A program made the translations under genes and the position numbers. DNA of 64,000 nt from Desulfobacterales bacterium. Its GTDB lineage: Bacteria > Desulfobacterota > Desulfobacteria > Desulfobacterales > UBA5852. Below the pieces are notes generated by a model. The model saw only the letters and a list, made by a program, of their open reading frames with translations, had not been told where the DNA came from and searched no databases. Positions 27,752 through 37,979 of this stretch are shown here, piece after piece. Location: NCBI GenBank assembly GCA_963674755.2, contig CAXXVS010000002.1:2208001-2272000 (forward strand), in the 5' to 3' direction. Position 1 is the first letter of the stretch. Each line of letters begins with the position of its first letter.

Positions 27752-28624
27752 ATGAAAAGATCAATGATTTTAGCATGTGCTTTGGCTGTCGGGCTAATGT
27801 TATCCGTGAATTTGAACACCAGCATAGCATCTTCCGATTCAATCATTCCAACCAAACGGAAGGCTGCTTCAATGCCCGCGCAACGCGTTGCCCCTGTGGG
27901 TAAAACATCAACATCAACCCTTAAGGCGGTTATCATTAAAGCTGCGATAACAGATTTGCAAATCGGCACCGGTCCAACCGGGGGATGGTTCTGGCAGGCA
28001 ACGGTTAAAAATACCGGTAATACATCGATCAACGGCAGAGATTTTACGGTGCAGGGCTTGAAAAAATCATTTCCAGCGCCGCAAAACAACTGGACGCCTG
28101 CATCCGGATCGATCATCAGCACAACCGTTATTGCACCCAACCAATCGGTGGTCGTTAAACGAAATTGGACCCGTTGCTGTCAAACTGATCAACTCAAGGT
28201 CGACTTGCGAAGAGCGTCCAATAATACGGTCATGGACACCAAGCTGCTGACCAACCTGCTAAAGAACCCCGCCCAGAATATTCCCGTAGACGTTCGGGTG
28301 AAAAGAATTGATTGGGACAGCAACACCAAAAAGTGGCGGGCCACCTTAAAAAATCTTTCTCCGTACACGGTGAAGATTACCGTCCAGGGTGTCCTTTGGC
28401 CCCAAGGCGCCACCAGTCCATTGCCGGCAGGCGGCCATATGATTACCGTGGGAGCGAACGCCGAAGCCACCACCATGTGGTTGTCCGGCGGCACCAATGC
28501 GCAGAATGGGGATATGCTTCAAGTCCATAAAAAGTTCATCATGGGATCATGCAATGAAAGCAATGAGGATTGCGGTTATAAAGGTTCCAACAATATCACG
28601 ATCCCCAACAGTCGAAGCTTTTAG
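27752..28624 (+). CDS. Secreted beta-rich protein with two Ig/CARDB-like repeats
   Basis: Signal peptide, GGAGG RBS, and an internal duplication WQATVKNTG...PASG / WRATLKNLS...PAGG. Confidence 0.7.
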   Translation: MKRSMILACALAVGLMLSVNLNTSIASSDSIIPTKRKAASMPAQRVAPVGKTSTSTLKAVIIKAAITDLQIGTGPTGGWFWQATVKNTGNTSINGRDFTVQGLKKSFPAPQNNWTPASGSIISTTVIAPNQSVVVKRNWTRCCQTDQLKVDLRRASNNTVMDTKLLTNLLKNPAQNIPVDVRVKRIDWDSNTKKWRATLKNLSPYTVKITVQGVLWPQGATSPLPAGGHMITVGANAEATTMWLSGGTNAQNGDMLQVHKKFIMGSCNESNEDCGYKGSNNITIPNSRSF

Positions 28625-28794
28625 CCATAGGGATGGTCGCGGCAGCCTGCGCCAGATACCTCCGGCTTTGCCGGAGGTATCTGGCGAATAGTCCTGCCAA
28701 AGATGGAATAAACCCCTTCCTTGCAATCTTGAATGAATACCATTTTCAAAGCTTATCGGATTCATCTGCGGTCTGTTTTAGTCGATTAAATTTG

Positions 28795-28818
28795 AAGTTT
28801 ATAAGTTCAGGGCGTCCC
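28795..28818 (+). repeat. 24-nt direct repeat, copy 1
   Basis: AAGTTTATAAGTTCAGGGCGTCCC, 21/24 identical to 29227-29250. Confidence 0.7.
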
Positions 28819-29167
28819 GTTGATGGCCCTGGTTTGACCACTCCCTGTGCCAGATGGCTTTCCGGGAGCTGATATCGTTCCCATCCTCCGGTTTTGGCGC
28901 GTCATCCGTGGGTTTTCCACCGACGCATGATTTCATCCGCATGACGCCAACGATTTTACTCCCCTCCTTTGCCAGGAAAACGATGCCGGGAAGTGTGGTG
29001 AAGAGGCCCAAAAACATCTTTTCGATTTCCAATCGTTCTTTTTCACCGTTGCCCTGCAACACGGCCATATGCATGGGATTGTTCAGCATGGCAATGCTGA
29101 GCACATTTACCGATTTCTGAATGTCGCCAATTTCCATAAGAGAAATATTAATGTTGCCCACATTCAT
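28799..29167 (-). pseudogene. 3'-truncated paralog of the GNAT at 26114-26701
   Basis: Near-identical N-terminal ~113 aa up to HREWSNQ; it then diverges and stops, losing the acetyl-CoA-binding motif. Confidence 0.85.
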
Positions 29168-29226
29168 TCCTTTCGGGGTAGAAAGCTTTTCGAAAAGGCA
29201 TGGGTGAATTATTTTTAGGGTTTTTA

Positions 29227-29250
29227 AAGTTTATAAGTCCAGGACGTCAC
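29227..29250 (+). repeat. 24-nt direct repeat, copy 2
   Basis: AAGTTTATAAGTCCAGGACGTCAC. Confidence 0.7.
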
Positions 29251-29273
29251 CAAACTGCTACTGATTGAAAGCT

Positions 29274-30680
29274 TCATTTTTCGATTTTATCGATTAACAT
29301 TTCCAAGATAGATTTAGGCAAACTGACGTCTTTCTTTGATAATTTTGCTGCCTCAGTCTTTTCAGATATTGGGTTCTCAAAAATTTGTCCGATTGTTTTT
29401 ACGACAAAATTTCTATAGTCAGAACTTTCTGGTGTATTCTCAATATCATTTACAAGATCCAAATAAGGCGACAATGAATACGAAAGAACCGATTTAAACC
29501 CATATAGTTCTTCAAATTCTCTTTCTCGTGCGTACTGATGAATAGCATAACCGATAAAAAAAATAATAGGAATGCTTGCTGTTATTCTCAGAAGGAAGGA
29601 TGGACTAAGAAAATATGAAGTTGCACTATCCAGCTTATCTATGATTTCAGGGGCAGATTTTGCTACCCATATAAAAATTATGACCTGTGCCGTAATCGCT
29701 GCAGCTGTTAGTCCTGCCCAAACCCATTTGGATTTGGAGATTCTATTTTTGCGCGATTCAAAAGCACTAAATAGAGAAGCACCAACGGCTTTTAATAAGT
29801 GTTCTTTAATTTGATCCTGTAAATCCCTATTTTCATCAATAATTGTTCCTATCTCATTTTTTGATATTTCTACTGTAGTTTTGGCAAGTTGATGCGCTTC
29901 ATCTATGGATTTTGAATAGTTATCAATACTATTGAAAAATTCACGTATTTTTGACTCTATTGCACCAACCTCGTCACTTGCCCCTTTTGATTGCTGTTGA
30001 TAAGATTTGACCTCATCTTTAAGGCTTTTCACTCGTGTGGCATTTTCAGCTATACTCTCAAATGTTGATTGGGCTTGATCATTAACTGATTTGACTGATT
30101 TATTTATTTCTTCTATTTCGATCAATATTTCTTTTATTTTCTCTCTATTTTTTTCTGCAAATGTTCCCGCATTTTCCACACTTGCAGTTAAGTTGAGAAG
30201 CCTTTCCCCCTCTTGAATTGCCTCTCTTGCAGACTTTGTTAATGATGATAAGTATGATGCTTGCAGGTCTACATCTGACTCCGTTGGCCCTGAAATTCTT
30301 GGGAAATATGATTTAATAAGTGAAACTAGGTTCTCTGCCGATTTTGAATCCCCTCCTTTGATTGTAACGGTAATTTTGCCGTCCACCAAATCCGAGAGCA
30401 TATTTAACTCTAGATTTTTCTCATCATGGAAAGTCGCCGTAATTCTGATTGACATAAACTCTTTATTTTTTAATTCCTCATACTCTCTGGAGACCGAACT
30501 AATTTCCCCTGTTATTGTTATTGCATCCAAAGAACCTCTTAAGTCTATTTCAACAGTATGTTGAGAACCGAACTGTATTTCCTTTTGCAAATCCATTGCA
30601 AATGCCAAAAAAACATCTGCATTTTTATATTTATCGCCAAACAACCATGCCAATTGTCTTTGGGCGACTTCTTTTAACAT
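29274..30680 (-). CDS. AT-rich hypothetical protein: long coiled coil plus two C-terminal transmembrane helices
   Basis: 468-aa ORF with GGAGG RBS, heptad-rich centre and hydrophobic segments WVWAGLTAAAITAQVIIFIWV and FLLRITASIPIIFFIGYAI. Confidence 0.8.
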   Translation of the reverse strand: MLKEVAQRQLAWLFGDKYKNADVFLAFAMDLQKEIQFGSQHTVEIDLRGSLDAITITGEISSVSREYEELKNKEFMSIRITATFHDEKNLELNMLSDLVDGKITVTIKGGDSKSAENLVSLIKSYFPRISGPTESDVDLQASYLSSLTKSAREAIQEGERLLNLTASVENAGTFAEKNREKIKEILIEIEEINKSVKSVNDQAQSTFESIAENATRVKSLKDEVKSYQQQSKGASDEVGAIESKIREFFNSIDNYSKSIDEAHQLAKTTVEISKNEIGTIIDENRDLQDQIKEHLLKAVGASLFSAFESRKNRISKSKWVWAGLTAAAITAQVIIFIWVAKSAPEIIDKLDSATSYFLSPSFLLRITASIPIIFFIGYAIHQYAREREFEELYGFKSVLSYSLSPYLDLVNDIENTPESSDYRNFVVKTIGQIFENPISEKTEAAKLSKKDVSLPKSILEMLIDKIEK

Positions 30681-30865
30681 GAGCAGCCTCCTATATTTGT
30701 TCGAGCAGGTCTTTTGGGGACTCCCTTCATATTTCTATATTGAAATTACCTTTTGGTCTTTTTGGTAACATTCTATGCCCTTAACTTATAAACTTCCCAT
30801 AAAAGTTGACTTCATTGTCAAACGTCCCCTACCAACTAAACCTCATACAACATCGCCCCCACCAT

Positions 30866-31549
30866 TTAATTCCCGCCAACAGCAACCTGCATCTGCTCCC
30901 GAACATCCAACGGCATCCCCCAGGAATACCTTGCCAAAATCTCCTTATAAGTCGTTTTCCACCCGGCCGCATCGCGCTTTTGCAACTCATCCTGCCGCTG
31001 CACCAGCAGCGACCTTAATTCAGACACGTTGTGATAGTCAGGATAAATTTTCTGGGCCTCGGAAAAGGCGTCGGCGGCGGCCTGAACGTTCCTGGCGATG
31101 AGATACTCGAAGCCGAGGCGTTCCCAGCCCCTCGCCGTGGTGGGATTCTCCCGCGTCCCCGATAGCGGGGCAGTTTTGGCCGGTTCGGCCGGGAGCTGCT
31201 GTTCCGGGAGGGTTTCCCGGATGTTCCGGATCTCCTTGCGGACCCCCTCCTGGGCGTTTTGGATAGCATCCCTCGCCTGGGTGGCATAGCTTTCCACCTG
31301 GCCGGCATCCGCCGGGTTCTTCAGGATTTTGTCGAGATACTCCTGCTGCACCAGGAGCTCTTCCTTGAGGGTCGCCTCCAGGTTCGAGACGCGGTCACCC
31401 ACCTCGATGATCCCGATCTTCCAGGTGCGGCTTTTCAGGATCTCCTTTATATCGGGCCCCAACCACAGGACAGCGATGACGGCGAGGGTCGGCCAGATGA
31501 AAATCTTCACAAACTCCAGGATGATTTCCGGTTTGCTTTTTTCAGCCAT
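30866..31549 (-). CDS. Hypothetical membrane-anchored protein with a C-terminal TPR-like helix pair
   Basis: N-terminal TM segment (IFIWPTLAVIAVLWL), AGGAG RBS, and WERLGF...AADAFSEA...YP.YHN. Confidence 0.7.
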   Translation of the reverse strand: MAEKSKPEIILEFVKIFIWPTLAVIAVLWLGPDIKEILKSRTWKIGIIEVGDRVSNLEATLKEELLVQQEYLDKILKNPADAGQVESYATQARDAIQNAQEGVRKEIRNIRETLPEQQLPAEPAKTAPLSGTRENPTTARGWERLGFEYLIARNVQAAADAFSEAQKIYPDYHNVSELRSLLVQRQDELQKRDAAGWKTTYKEILARYSWGMPLDVREQMQVAVGGN

Positions 31550-31966
31550 GGCCTAAGCTCCTTTTTTAATTCAGGGCCTGTTGAGACGGCCTTGATCAGG
31601 TGAAGTTACCGGAGCGAATAGTGCGGAGAAAAGCACCACAAGCAGTGCTGAGTTCTGTCGGATCGATTTGTGACGGTACTCTTCGCAGCGCACGGCATGG
31701 CATCCCCGCGGGTATCTGTTTGGGAATTTAAATTTGCCGGCTAATGAGGAGGGGTAAAGGCGACAGCCAGTTTTGAAATCCTGAAACTGACTTGCTGGAA
31801 TATGGACATACGCCAATCAGCGCAAAATATCAACCATAACAATCAGATGGATCTCTAAATGGATCGGGATGAGATGAGGGGATACCAGCTCCGGGATTTC
31901 CGGATAACGAAAATTCCGATTTGATTATGGTGCGTTTGCCGATGCTGCCCACCTCTTCCGCGAGAT

Positions 31967-34168
31967 TTATTTCGACAAACCCAATACCGCGTCATAGCCA
32001 TCACAGGTGATGGTGACGGCATCCGCTTTGATCGCCTTGACGGTCCACTGCCCAATCTGATCGCCCACACGGACCATCTTGCCGCCGATCATGGCCCGGC
32101 CGCGCTCGCCGGGGAGGATCATGGTAACCTCGAAATCGATGGATGGCGGCGTCGCCGGGGCCGGCGCTGTTTCCACATCCACGGCTCCGGCATCAGCGGG
32201 CCGATCCGGGCCCTGGATTGCCGCTGAGGCCGGGGCAAGGACCCAATCCGGTGTATAGCCCTCTTCGGCGACTCCTTGTCCATCAGTATGAAGCTGGCCT
32301 TCTTCCATCCAGGCCACGGCCATCCGGATGTCGCTTGCCAGACCGGGATCGGCGGCATCTAAGGTCTGGATCCGGGCAAGATCTTCGGGCGCGGCCATGA
32401 TGCCCAGGGCGATCACTCCGGCCCGACGTTTGTCTACCGAGGGATCCTGCAGCAATATCAGCGCCCGCTCCCGGACCTCCGCCACCGTGGTCGACCGATA
32501 GCGGTGCATCTCGTCGAACATGGCCGCACTGTCCGCCAGCAACAGCCGGTCCGGGTCGCGCGACCCGATTTCCGTCATCTTCCCCAGGGCCCAGTTGAGC
32601 CATTTTTCGGGTTCCTGCACATACAGCGGGCTCGCCAGGGACGACAAAGCCTGGCAAAAGGACAGGCCGGGATTTTCCGGATCATGGACGCTGGTGGGTG
32701 TGGGTTCGCAGTAAAGCGCCCGCAAAAGCGGGATAAAGGCCTGCCGGGTGCCGACCTGGGCCAGGGCCTGTCCGGCCGCATAGCGCACCTCCGGCGCCGG
32801 ATCGTTCAGGGCCGACAACAGCGCATCCTCGATGGCGGGATCTTCCGGTCCATTGGCCAGCACCAGGGCCACGTTTTTGCGAACACGGGCTTGGGGGTGC
32901 CCCAGCATCCCCAGCAACGCTTGGGCAGGGGCGGCCTCGCGGCGGGTCCTGAGGGCATTTTCCGCCATGCGGGCCATCTTTTCGTCTTCGTTGGCGGTCG
33001 CCAAGAGCAGCGCCTGGAGGGCTTCCGGTCCCGGCGTCGTCTTCAGGTCATTCATGGCCTGCCAGCGCATCTCGGCATCAGGATCATTCAGCCGGGCATA
33101 GAGCAGGGGAACCACCCGGGGATCCTTCAGCTTTCCCAGGGCGGCGGCCGCCGCCCGGCGTACAACAGAATCGTTATCATCGAGCAAGGCCGTCAACCCG
33201 TTCCGGGCCGCCGGGTCGTCGATGGCGGCAATGGCCTTGGCGGCCCGCTCGTTGTGGGGCTTCAGGCGTGACAAGGCCACCAGGCGCGGCAGGGCTTCGG
33301 CCGGCAACGATAACACCGCCAGGGCGGTGAGCGAATGGGCGACCACCATCTCGTCCTGGTCGTCCAACAGCTTTACCAATTGAGGGGCGGCGCTTTGGAT
33401 ACGGCAATTGTGGACCAGGGTAATGGCGCCCTGGCGCACGTCGGATTCGGAAAGCATGGCCCCGATATGGGGCGCAATCAGCGGGCCGGCCTGGGCCGCA
33501 TCCAGGGAGGCCAGTCCCTGGGCGGCGATCAGACGGGTCTTGCCGGTGTCGTTGTCGAGAATTGCGGCAAGAGAGGCCCAGGCCGCTTCGCCGCCGATCT
33601 TGGCAACCGCCCGTATGGCCACATGACGAAAAGGCCGCCCCTGGCCTAGTATATAAGGTTGCAGCACGTCCAGGGCCCGCGGGTCGCCGATATCACCGAG
33701 GGCTTCGATGGCCATTTGGTCTCCCACACGCCCGCTGCCCGGTAAAATGGCGTCAACGCGCCGGATGAGGGGGGCGACCGCCGGCTTCCCGATGGCCACC
33801 AGGGCGCTCCGGGCGGCTTCATGGACATAGTCGCCGGAAATGCTGCCGAACGAATAAACGACACGCACCTTCCGCCCATCGTCCAAATGGTCCATCAACA
33901 AGGGTATGGCCGCATCGCAGGCCTGGCCCTGGTGCGCCAGCTTCCCGATTTCACGGGCCGCCTTGAACGCTTCGACAGGCCCTCCGCCAGCGAGTTTCCG
34001 CATGTTGTCCTGGAGCGCCTCTTCCGGGGACTGGGCGAGCGCAACGCTCGCCCACAGCCCGTAGAGAAGCACCACAGAGAAGAGCATCCGGCAACGGAAG
34101 ATTCGGTTGAGAGGTCGATGGGCAGCGCCATCCGACAGCCGGGGTCGGGCAGTTCGCATCAGTGGCAT
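31967..34168 (-). CDS. Exported HEAT/PBS-lyase repeat protein with a small C-terminal beta domain
   Basis: Many repeats of the L..LL.D.D..VR..AA.ALG type; signal-like MLFSVVLLYGLWASVALAQ; start uncertain (34087-34228). Confidence 0.8.
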   Translation of the reverse strand: MPLMRTARPRLSDGAAHRPLNRIFRCRMLFSVVLLYGLWASVALAQSPEEALQDNMRKLAGGGPVEAFKAAREIGKLAHQGQACDAAIPLLMDHLDDGRKVRVVYSFGSISGDYVHEAARSALVAIGKPAVAPLIRRVDAILPGSGRVGDQMAIEALGDIGDPRALDVLQPYILGQGRPFRHVAIRAVAKIGGEAAWASLAAILDNDTGKTRLIAAQGLASLDAAQAGPLIAPHIGAMLSESDVRQGAITLVHNCRIQSAAPQLVKLLDDQDEMVVAHSLTALAVLSLPAEALPRLVALSRLKPHNERAAKAIAAIDDPAARNGLTALLDDNDSVVRRAAAAALGKLKDPRVVPLLYARLNDPDAEMRWQAMNDLKTTPGPEALQALLLATANEDEKMARMAENALRTRREAAPAQALLGMLGHPQARVRKNVALVLANGPEDPAIEDALLSALNDPAPEVRYAAGQALAQVGTRQAFIPLLRALYCEPTPTSVHDPENPGLSFCQALSSLASPLYVQEPEKWLNWALGKMTEIGSRDPDRLLLADSAAMFDEMHRYRSTTVAEVRERALILLQDPSVDKRRAGVIALGIMAAPEDLARIQTLDAADPGLASDIRMAVAWMEEGQLHTDGQGVAEEGYTPDWVLAPASAAIQGPDRPADAGAVDVETAPAPATPPSIDFEVTMILPGERGRAMIGGKMVRVGDQIGQWTVKAIKADAVTITCDGYDAVLGLSK

Positions 34169-34304
34169 GGCATGGTCCTGTTCGTCTGGTTGAGTAGTCC
34201 TGATCAGTATCGGCAAAGTCCGGCTCAAAACTGGACAGAAAAAGTCTGAAGCAGCAAAAATGCCGGTGCACGCCAGCCGCTGTCATACGACAATACCTGC
34301 CGTT

Positions 34305-35594
34305 TCACCGCATTTCAACACGGTTTCTTCCGGATCGCTTGGCTTCGTACAGGGCTTCATCCGCTCTTTTGACAAGCGTTTCCGCTGTGTCCTCGGCAAT
34401 GCTCTCGGTCACGCCGAAACTCGCGGTAATCGCACCGACATCCGTAAAGGGGCAGTCCGCTAGTGTGGCCCGTAATTTTTCGGCCACCCGGCCGGCGGTA
34501 ATTTTGTCCTGCCGGGGCAGAAGAATCAGAAATTCCTCGCCGCCCCATCGGCCCACCGTATCCGTCCCACGCAGGTTTTCTTCAAGCAGCTCCGCCACCC
34601 TATGTAAAACAGCGTCCCCTGCCAGATGCCCGTAGCAATCGTTGACGCCTTTAAAGTTGTCGATATCCAGCATGATAATCGAAAAGCGGCTTCCATATCT
34701 TTTAGCCCGGTTGGCTTCCCCTTCCAGGGCTTCATCCAGCTTCAGCCGGTTGTGCAACCCGGTAAGTCTGTCGGTGCGTATCCCGGTATACGCAGTTTTA
34801 AGCGCGAACAGCATCTGGCGGAAAGAATTGGCCAGGGACGCGATTTCATCATGTGCCCCGGGCGACAGGGCCGCATCGTCGGGAAAATCGTCAATGGCCA
34901 GGATCATCTTGTCCAGGGTCTGATGTTGGATCGTCCGGCCGGTCAGTGGATCCACCTCATGGTCACTGCCCTGGATGTGCTGCATGGCATTGCGCAGCCG
35001 GTAGACCGGTTTGAGCACAAACCGCACCAGAATACTGTTCAGAAACAAACCGATGAGAAGGGCCGCGGAAAAGATCAGGGCAATAAAAATCGCGATAATT
35101 TCCAAGGTCTGGCGTTCAAGCGCCGCCAGCGCGTAGTTGATCTGCCAGAAACCGACCTGCTCGCCGAAAGCCACGATCGGACTGGTATACGTCAGGACGG
35201 ATCGGCCCTCCCATTGGCGCAGAACGGAATCCGGCCGTGAGGCGAGCCGCGCCACCAATTCCGGCGGCAGGTCGTCGGGGACGGCGATGTTGACGGCGGC
35301 CAGCGCAGCCCCGGATTCATCGTAGGCCGAAATGGCGAGCACGTTTTTGCGCTTCATGACTTCGGCCAGGGTGGCCTGTACGGCGATGCTCTGGGAGGCG
35401 AAGATCTCATTGCCCAACTGCTCACGGTACTGCAGGGTCAGATCGTTCAGCGAAAGCTCGATCTGCTCGATGGCCGACTGGCGCCGCTGGGTCTCGAAGA
35501 CCGTGAGCGCCATTCCGAACACCACGGCCACCGCCAGCATGGTCAATGTTACGGAAAGGTAAATCTTATAGCGAAGACTTTGCCTGTTGCGCAT
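34305..35594 (-). CDS. Membrane diguanylate cyclase (2 TM, periplasmic domain, HAMP, GGDEF)
   Basis: TDRLTGLHNR, DIDNFKGVND.YGH.AGD, I-site RGTD and RWGGEEF. Confidence 0.92.
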   Translation of the reverse strand: MRNRQSLRYKIYLSVTLTMLAVAVVFGMALTVFETQRRQSAIEQIELSLNDLTLQYREQLGNEIFASQSIAVQATLAEVMKRKNVLAISAYDESGAALAAVNIAVPDDLPPELVARLASRPDSVLRQWEGRSVLTYTSPIVAFGEQVGFWQINYALAALERQTLEIIAIFIALIFSAALLIGLFLNSILVRFVLKPVYRLRNAMQHIQGSDHEVDPLTGRTIQHQTLDKMILAIDDFPDDAALSPGAHDEIASLANSFRQMLFALKTAYTGIRTDRLTGLHNRLKLDEALEGEANRAKRYGSRFSIIMLDIDNFKGVNDCYGHLAGDAVLHRVAELLEENLRGTDTVGRWGGEEFLILLPRQDKITAGRVAEKLRATLADCPFTDVGAITASFGVTESIAEDTAETLVKRADEALYEAKRSGRNRVEMR

Positions 35595-35616
35595 GGTTTC
35601 AACCGATCGGCGGCCT

Positions 35617-36738
35617 TCAATCCGGCGGCATGGTCATCAGCAGGGCGGGACGCCCGTTCGTGATTTTCATGACGACCACCTGTTTTTGCGGATCACCGTT
35701 TTCATCAAACGTGATGTTGCCCGTCACACCAGGATAGTCCCGGGTGGCGGCCAGGGCGTCGCGAATGGCCGAGCGGTCGAGGGCGACGGCGCGTTGCATG
35801 GCATCGAACAGCAGCATGGCGGCATCGTAGGTAATGGCGGCGAAATCCGTTACTTCATAGGTATTTTTATACCGGGCGATGAAGGCTTTGGTTTCGGCCG
35901 TATCCAGCGCCTTGCTCCAATGGGCGGTATAATAGCCTTCCTTCAAATCCTGGCCGCCGTTGGCGTAGAATTGGCGATAAGGCCAGCCATCTCCGCCGAG
36001 CAGCTTCGCCTGAATGCCCATATTCTGAGCTTCGCGGACGATGTAGCCGCTTTCCGCGTGACCGGGGATGAAAAGAATATCCGGATTCAATCGTTTGGCC
36101 GCTTCCAGGAGGTCCCGGAACGCGGTCTGCCGGAACTTGTAATCCAGAACGGCCAGCACCTGCCCGCCTTCCGCCGTAAAACGGCGCTCGAATTCCTCTG
36201 ACAAGCCAAGGCTGTAGTCGCTGGTAATGTTGCGGACGATCACGGCCGTCGCGGCTTTGAGTTCCTTGCGGGCGAACTTGGCCAGGGCCCGGCCTTGAAA
36301 GGCGTCGATAAAACAGGCCCGAAAAATGTAATCCCCTGTTGTGGTGACATCCGGATGGGTCGAATCCGGGCTGATCATGGGGACTTTCATTTTTTGCAGA
36401 TAAGGGGCCATTGCCAGGGAGTGGGAACTCCAGGAAGCTCCGATGACGGCGACGGCCCCGTCCTTGACCGCCTTTTTGGCGGCCAGCCGGCTCTGGATCG
36501 GGGTGCTGTGATTGTCGTACTCCAGCAGCTTGATCATTTTGCCATGCACCCCGCCCGCGGCATTGACCTCGTCGGCGGCAAACCGGATGGCCTCGAACAG
36601 TTCCAGATTGTCTTCCGCCGCTTCACCGGTTTTGGCAAAAATGGCGGCCACTTTGACCCTATCAGCGGCCCTTGACAACGCGACTCCCGGACCCACCATG
36701 GATATAACTAAACCCACTGTAATCAAAACCTTATTCAT
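35617..36738 (-). CDS. LivK-like periplasmic substrate-binding protein
   Basis: Signal peptide; N..GGV.G, IG...SS, ST.P.VT..GDYIFR.CF.D.FQG and GVTG.ITFDENGD motifs. Confidence 0.9.
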   Translation of the reverse strand: MNKVLITVGLVISMVGPGVALSRAADRVKVAAIFAKTGEAAEDNLELFEAIRFAADEVNAAGGVHGKMIKLLEYDNHSTPIQSRLAAKKAVKDGAVAVIGASWSSHSLAMAPYLQKMKVPMISPDSTHPDVTTTGDYIFRACFIDAFQGRALAKFARKELKAATAVIVRNITSDYSLGLSEEFERRFTAEGGQVLAVLDYKFRQTAFRDLLEAAKRLNPDILFIPGHAESGYIVREAQNMGIQAKLLGGDGWPYRQFYANGGQDLKEGYYTAHWSKALDTAETKAFIARYKNTYEVTDFAAITYDAAMLLFDAMQRAVALDRSAIRDALAATRDYPGVTGNITFDENGDPQKQVVVMKITNGRPALLMTMPPD

Positions 36739-37267
36739 GCTATCTCACTTTCCGTCTCCGCCCTTGTCCCCGGGGGGGCCGGTACAACGTCTCCCGGTCA
36801 GGCGTCGCGGTATTGCACCGCGCTGTTGTCGCCGGGACATCCCCGGCAAAGGCCCGGGTTTGCACCAACAAAGGCTATCATCGGCAATCTCATGAATTTC
36901 TTAATGATTTCCCGGCAGGGCGTTGGTTGTCTCTGCACAGCGGAGGAGGCCTGGTTTCAGCGACTTCGGCCCCCCCTATTCTATAGCGTCCAGGCCGTCA
37001 GGTTGTGGCGTGGGAGGCCGTCCGCGGAATGCATCGGTCAGGCAGGAGAATCCCGCCCCTTGGGCGACCTAAGGTTTAAGGCACGGCCGGCTCGGTGCCG
37101 ATGACATTGGGCTTGGAGCCGCCTTTCGATACGGCTATACTTTTTTCGACACCGGATGCAGGGTTCTGTTTCGGTAAAACAGAAGCGATCTAAGCCCCCG
37201 CATGCCGGCCGGCCGATATCCCCATCAGCAACTTCGACACCATCGCTGAAAAGAAGGGAATCCGATC

Positions 37268-37831
37268 ATGGGTGAAAATGACCGCAAACTATTCCGGCAA
37301 TTGATGCAAAAAGGTTTCAGCACCCTCACCCAGAGTGAGAAGCGGGTCCTTAAAACCATTACCGAGGGTCTGCACATCAGCAGGAATGTGATCAAGGATT
37401 ATGAACAGCACTATACCTTCGGACAGCGGTTGGCGGATAAGGTGGCCGCTTTCGGCGGGTCATGGACCTTCATCATCCTCTTCCTCGCAATCCTGCTGAT
37501 ATGGATCGCAGTGAATACTTTCGCTTTCTTCCATTTCGTCAAAAGGTTCGATCCCTACCCCTACATCCTGCTGAACCTGGTGCTGTCGATGCTGGCTGCG
37601 TTTCAAGCCCCGATCATTATGATGTCCCAGAACAGGCAGGCCGCCAAGGACCGTGCGGATGCGGAGCATGATTACGAGGTCAATCTGAAGGCCGAGCTGG
37701 AAATCATGGCATTGCATGAAAAGATGGATACCATGCGGGAAAAGCAACTGGAAAAAATGCTGGTGTTGCAGCAGCAGCAAATTGACATGATCGCTAATTT
37801 CCTTCAGGATGCCGGCCCGAAACCGTCCTGA
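37268..37831 (+). CDS. DUF1003 family membrane protein
   Basis: GQRLADKVAAFGGSWTFI, FDPYPYILLNL.LS..AAFQAPIIMMSQNRQ and DYEVNLKAE motifs. Confidence 0.9.
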   Translation: MGENDRKLFRQLMQKGFSTLTQSEKRVLKTITEGLHISRNVIKDYEQHYTFGQRLADKVAAFGGSWTFIILFLAILLIWIAVNTFAFFHFVKRFDPYPYILLNLVLSMLAAFQAPIIMMSQNRQAAKDRADAEHDYEVNLKAELEIMALHEKMDTMREKQLEKMLVLQQQQIDMIANFLQDAGPKPS

Positions 37832-37979
37832 CCGCCTGCCTATCTGCCGGATGCATAGCATCGATTGGTTGGATGGCCGGCCGGTTAGCACAAAAGGGGG
37901 AAATGGTCATCGAAGCGATAGCTGGCCTGCCGTTCTGGTTGTCAGGGCCGCCCGGCGGCCCTCCCAGGGAGAAGGCGTA

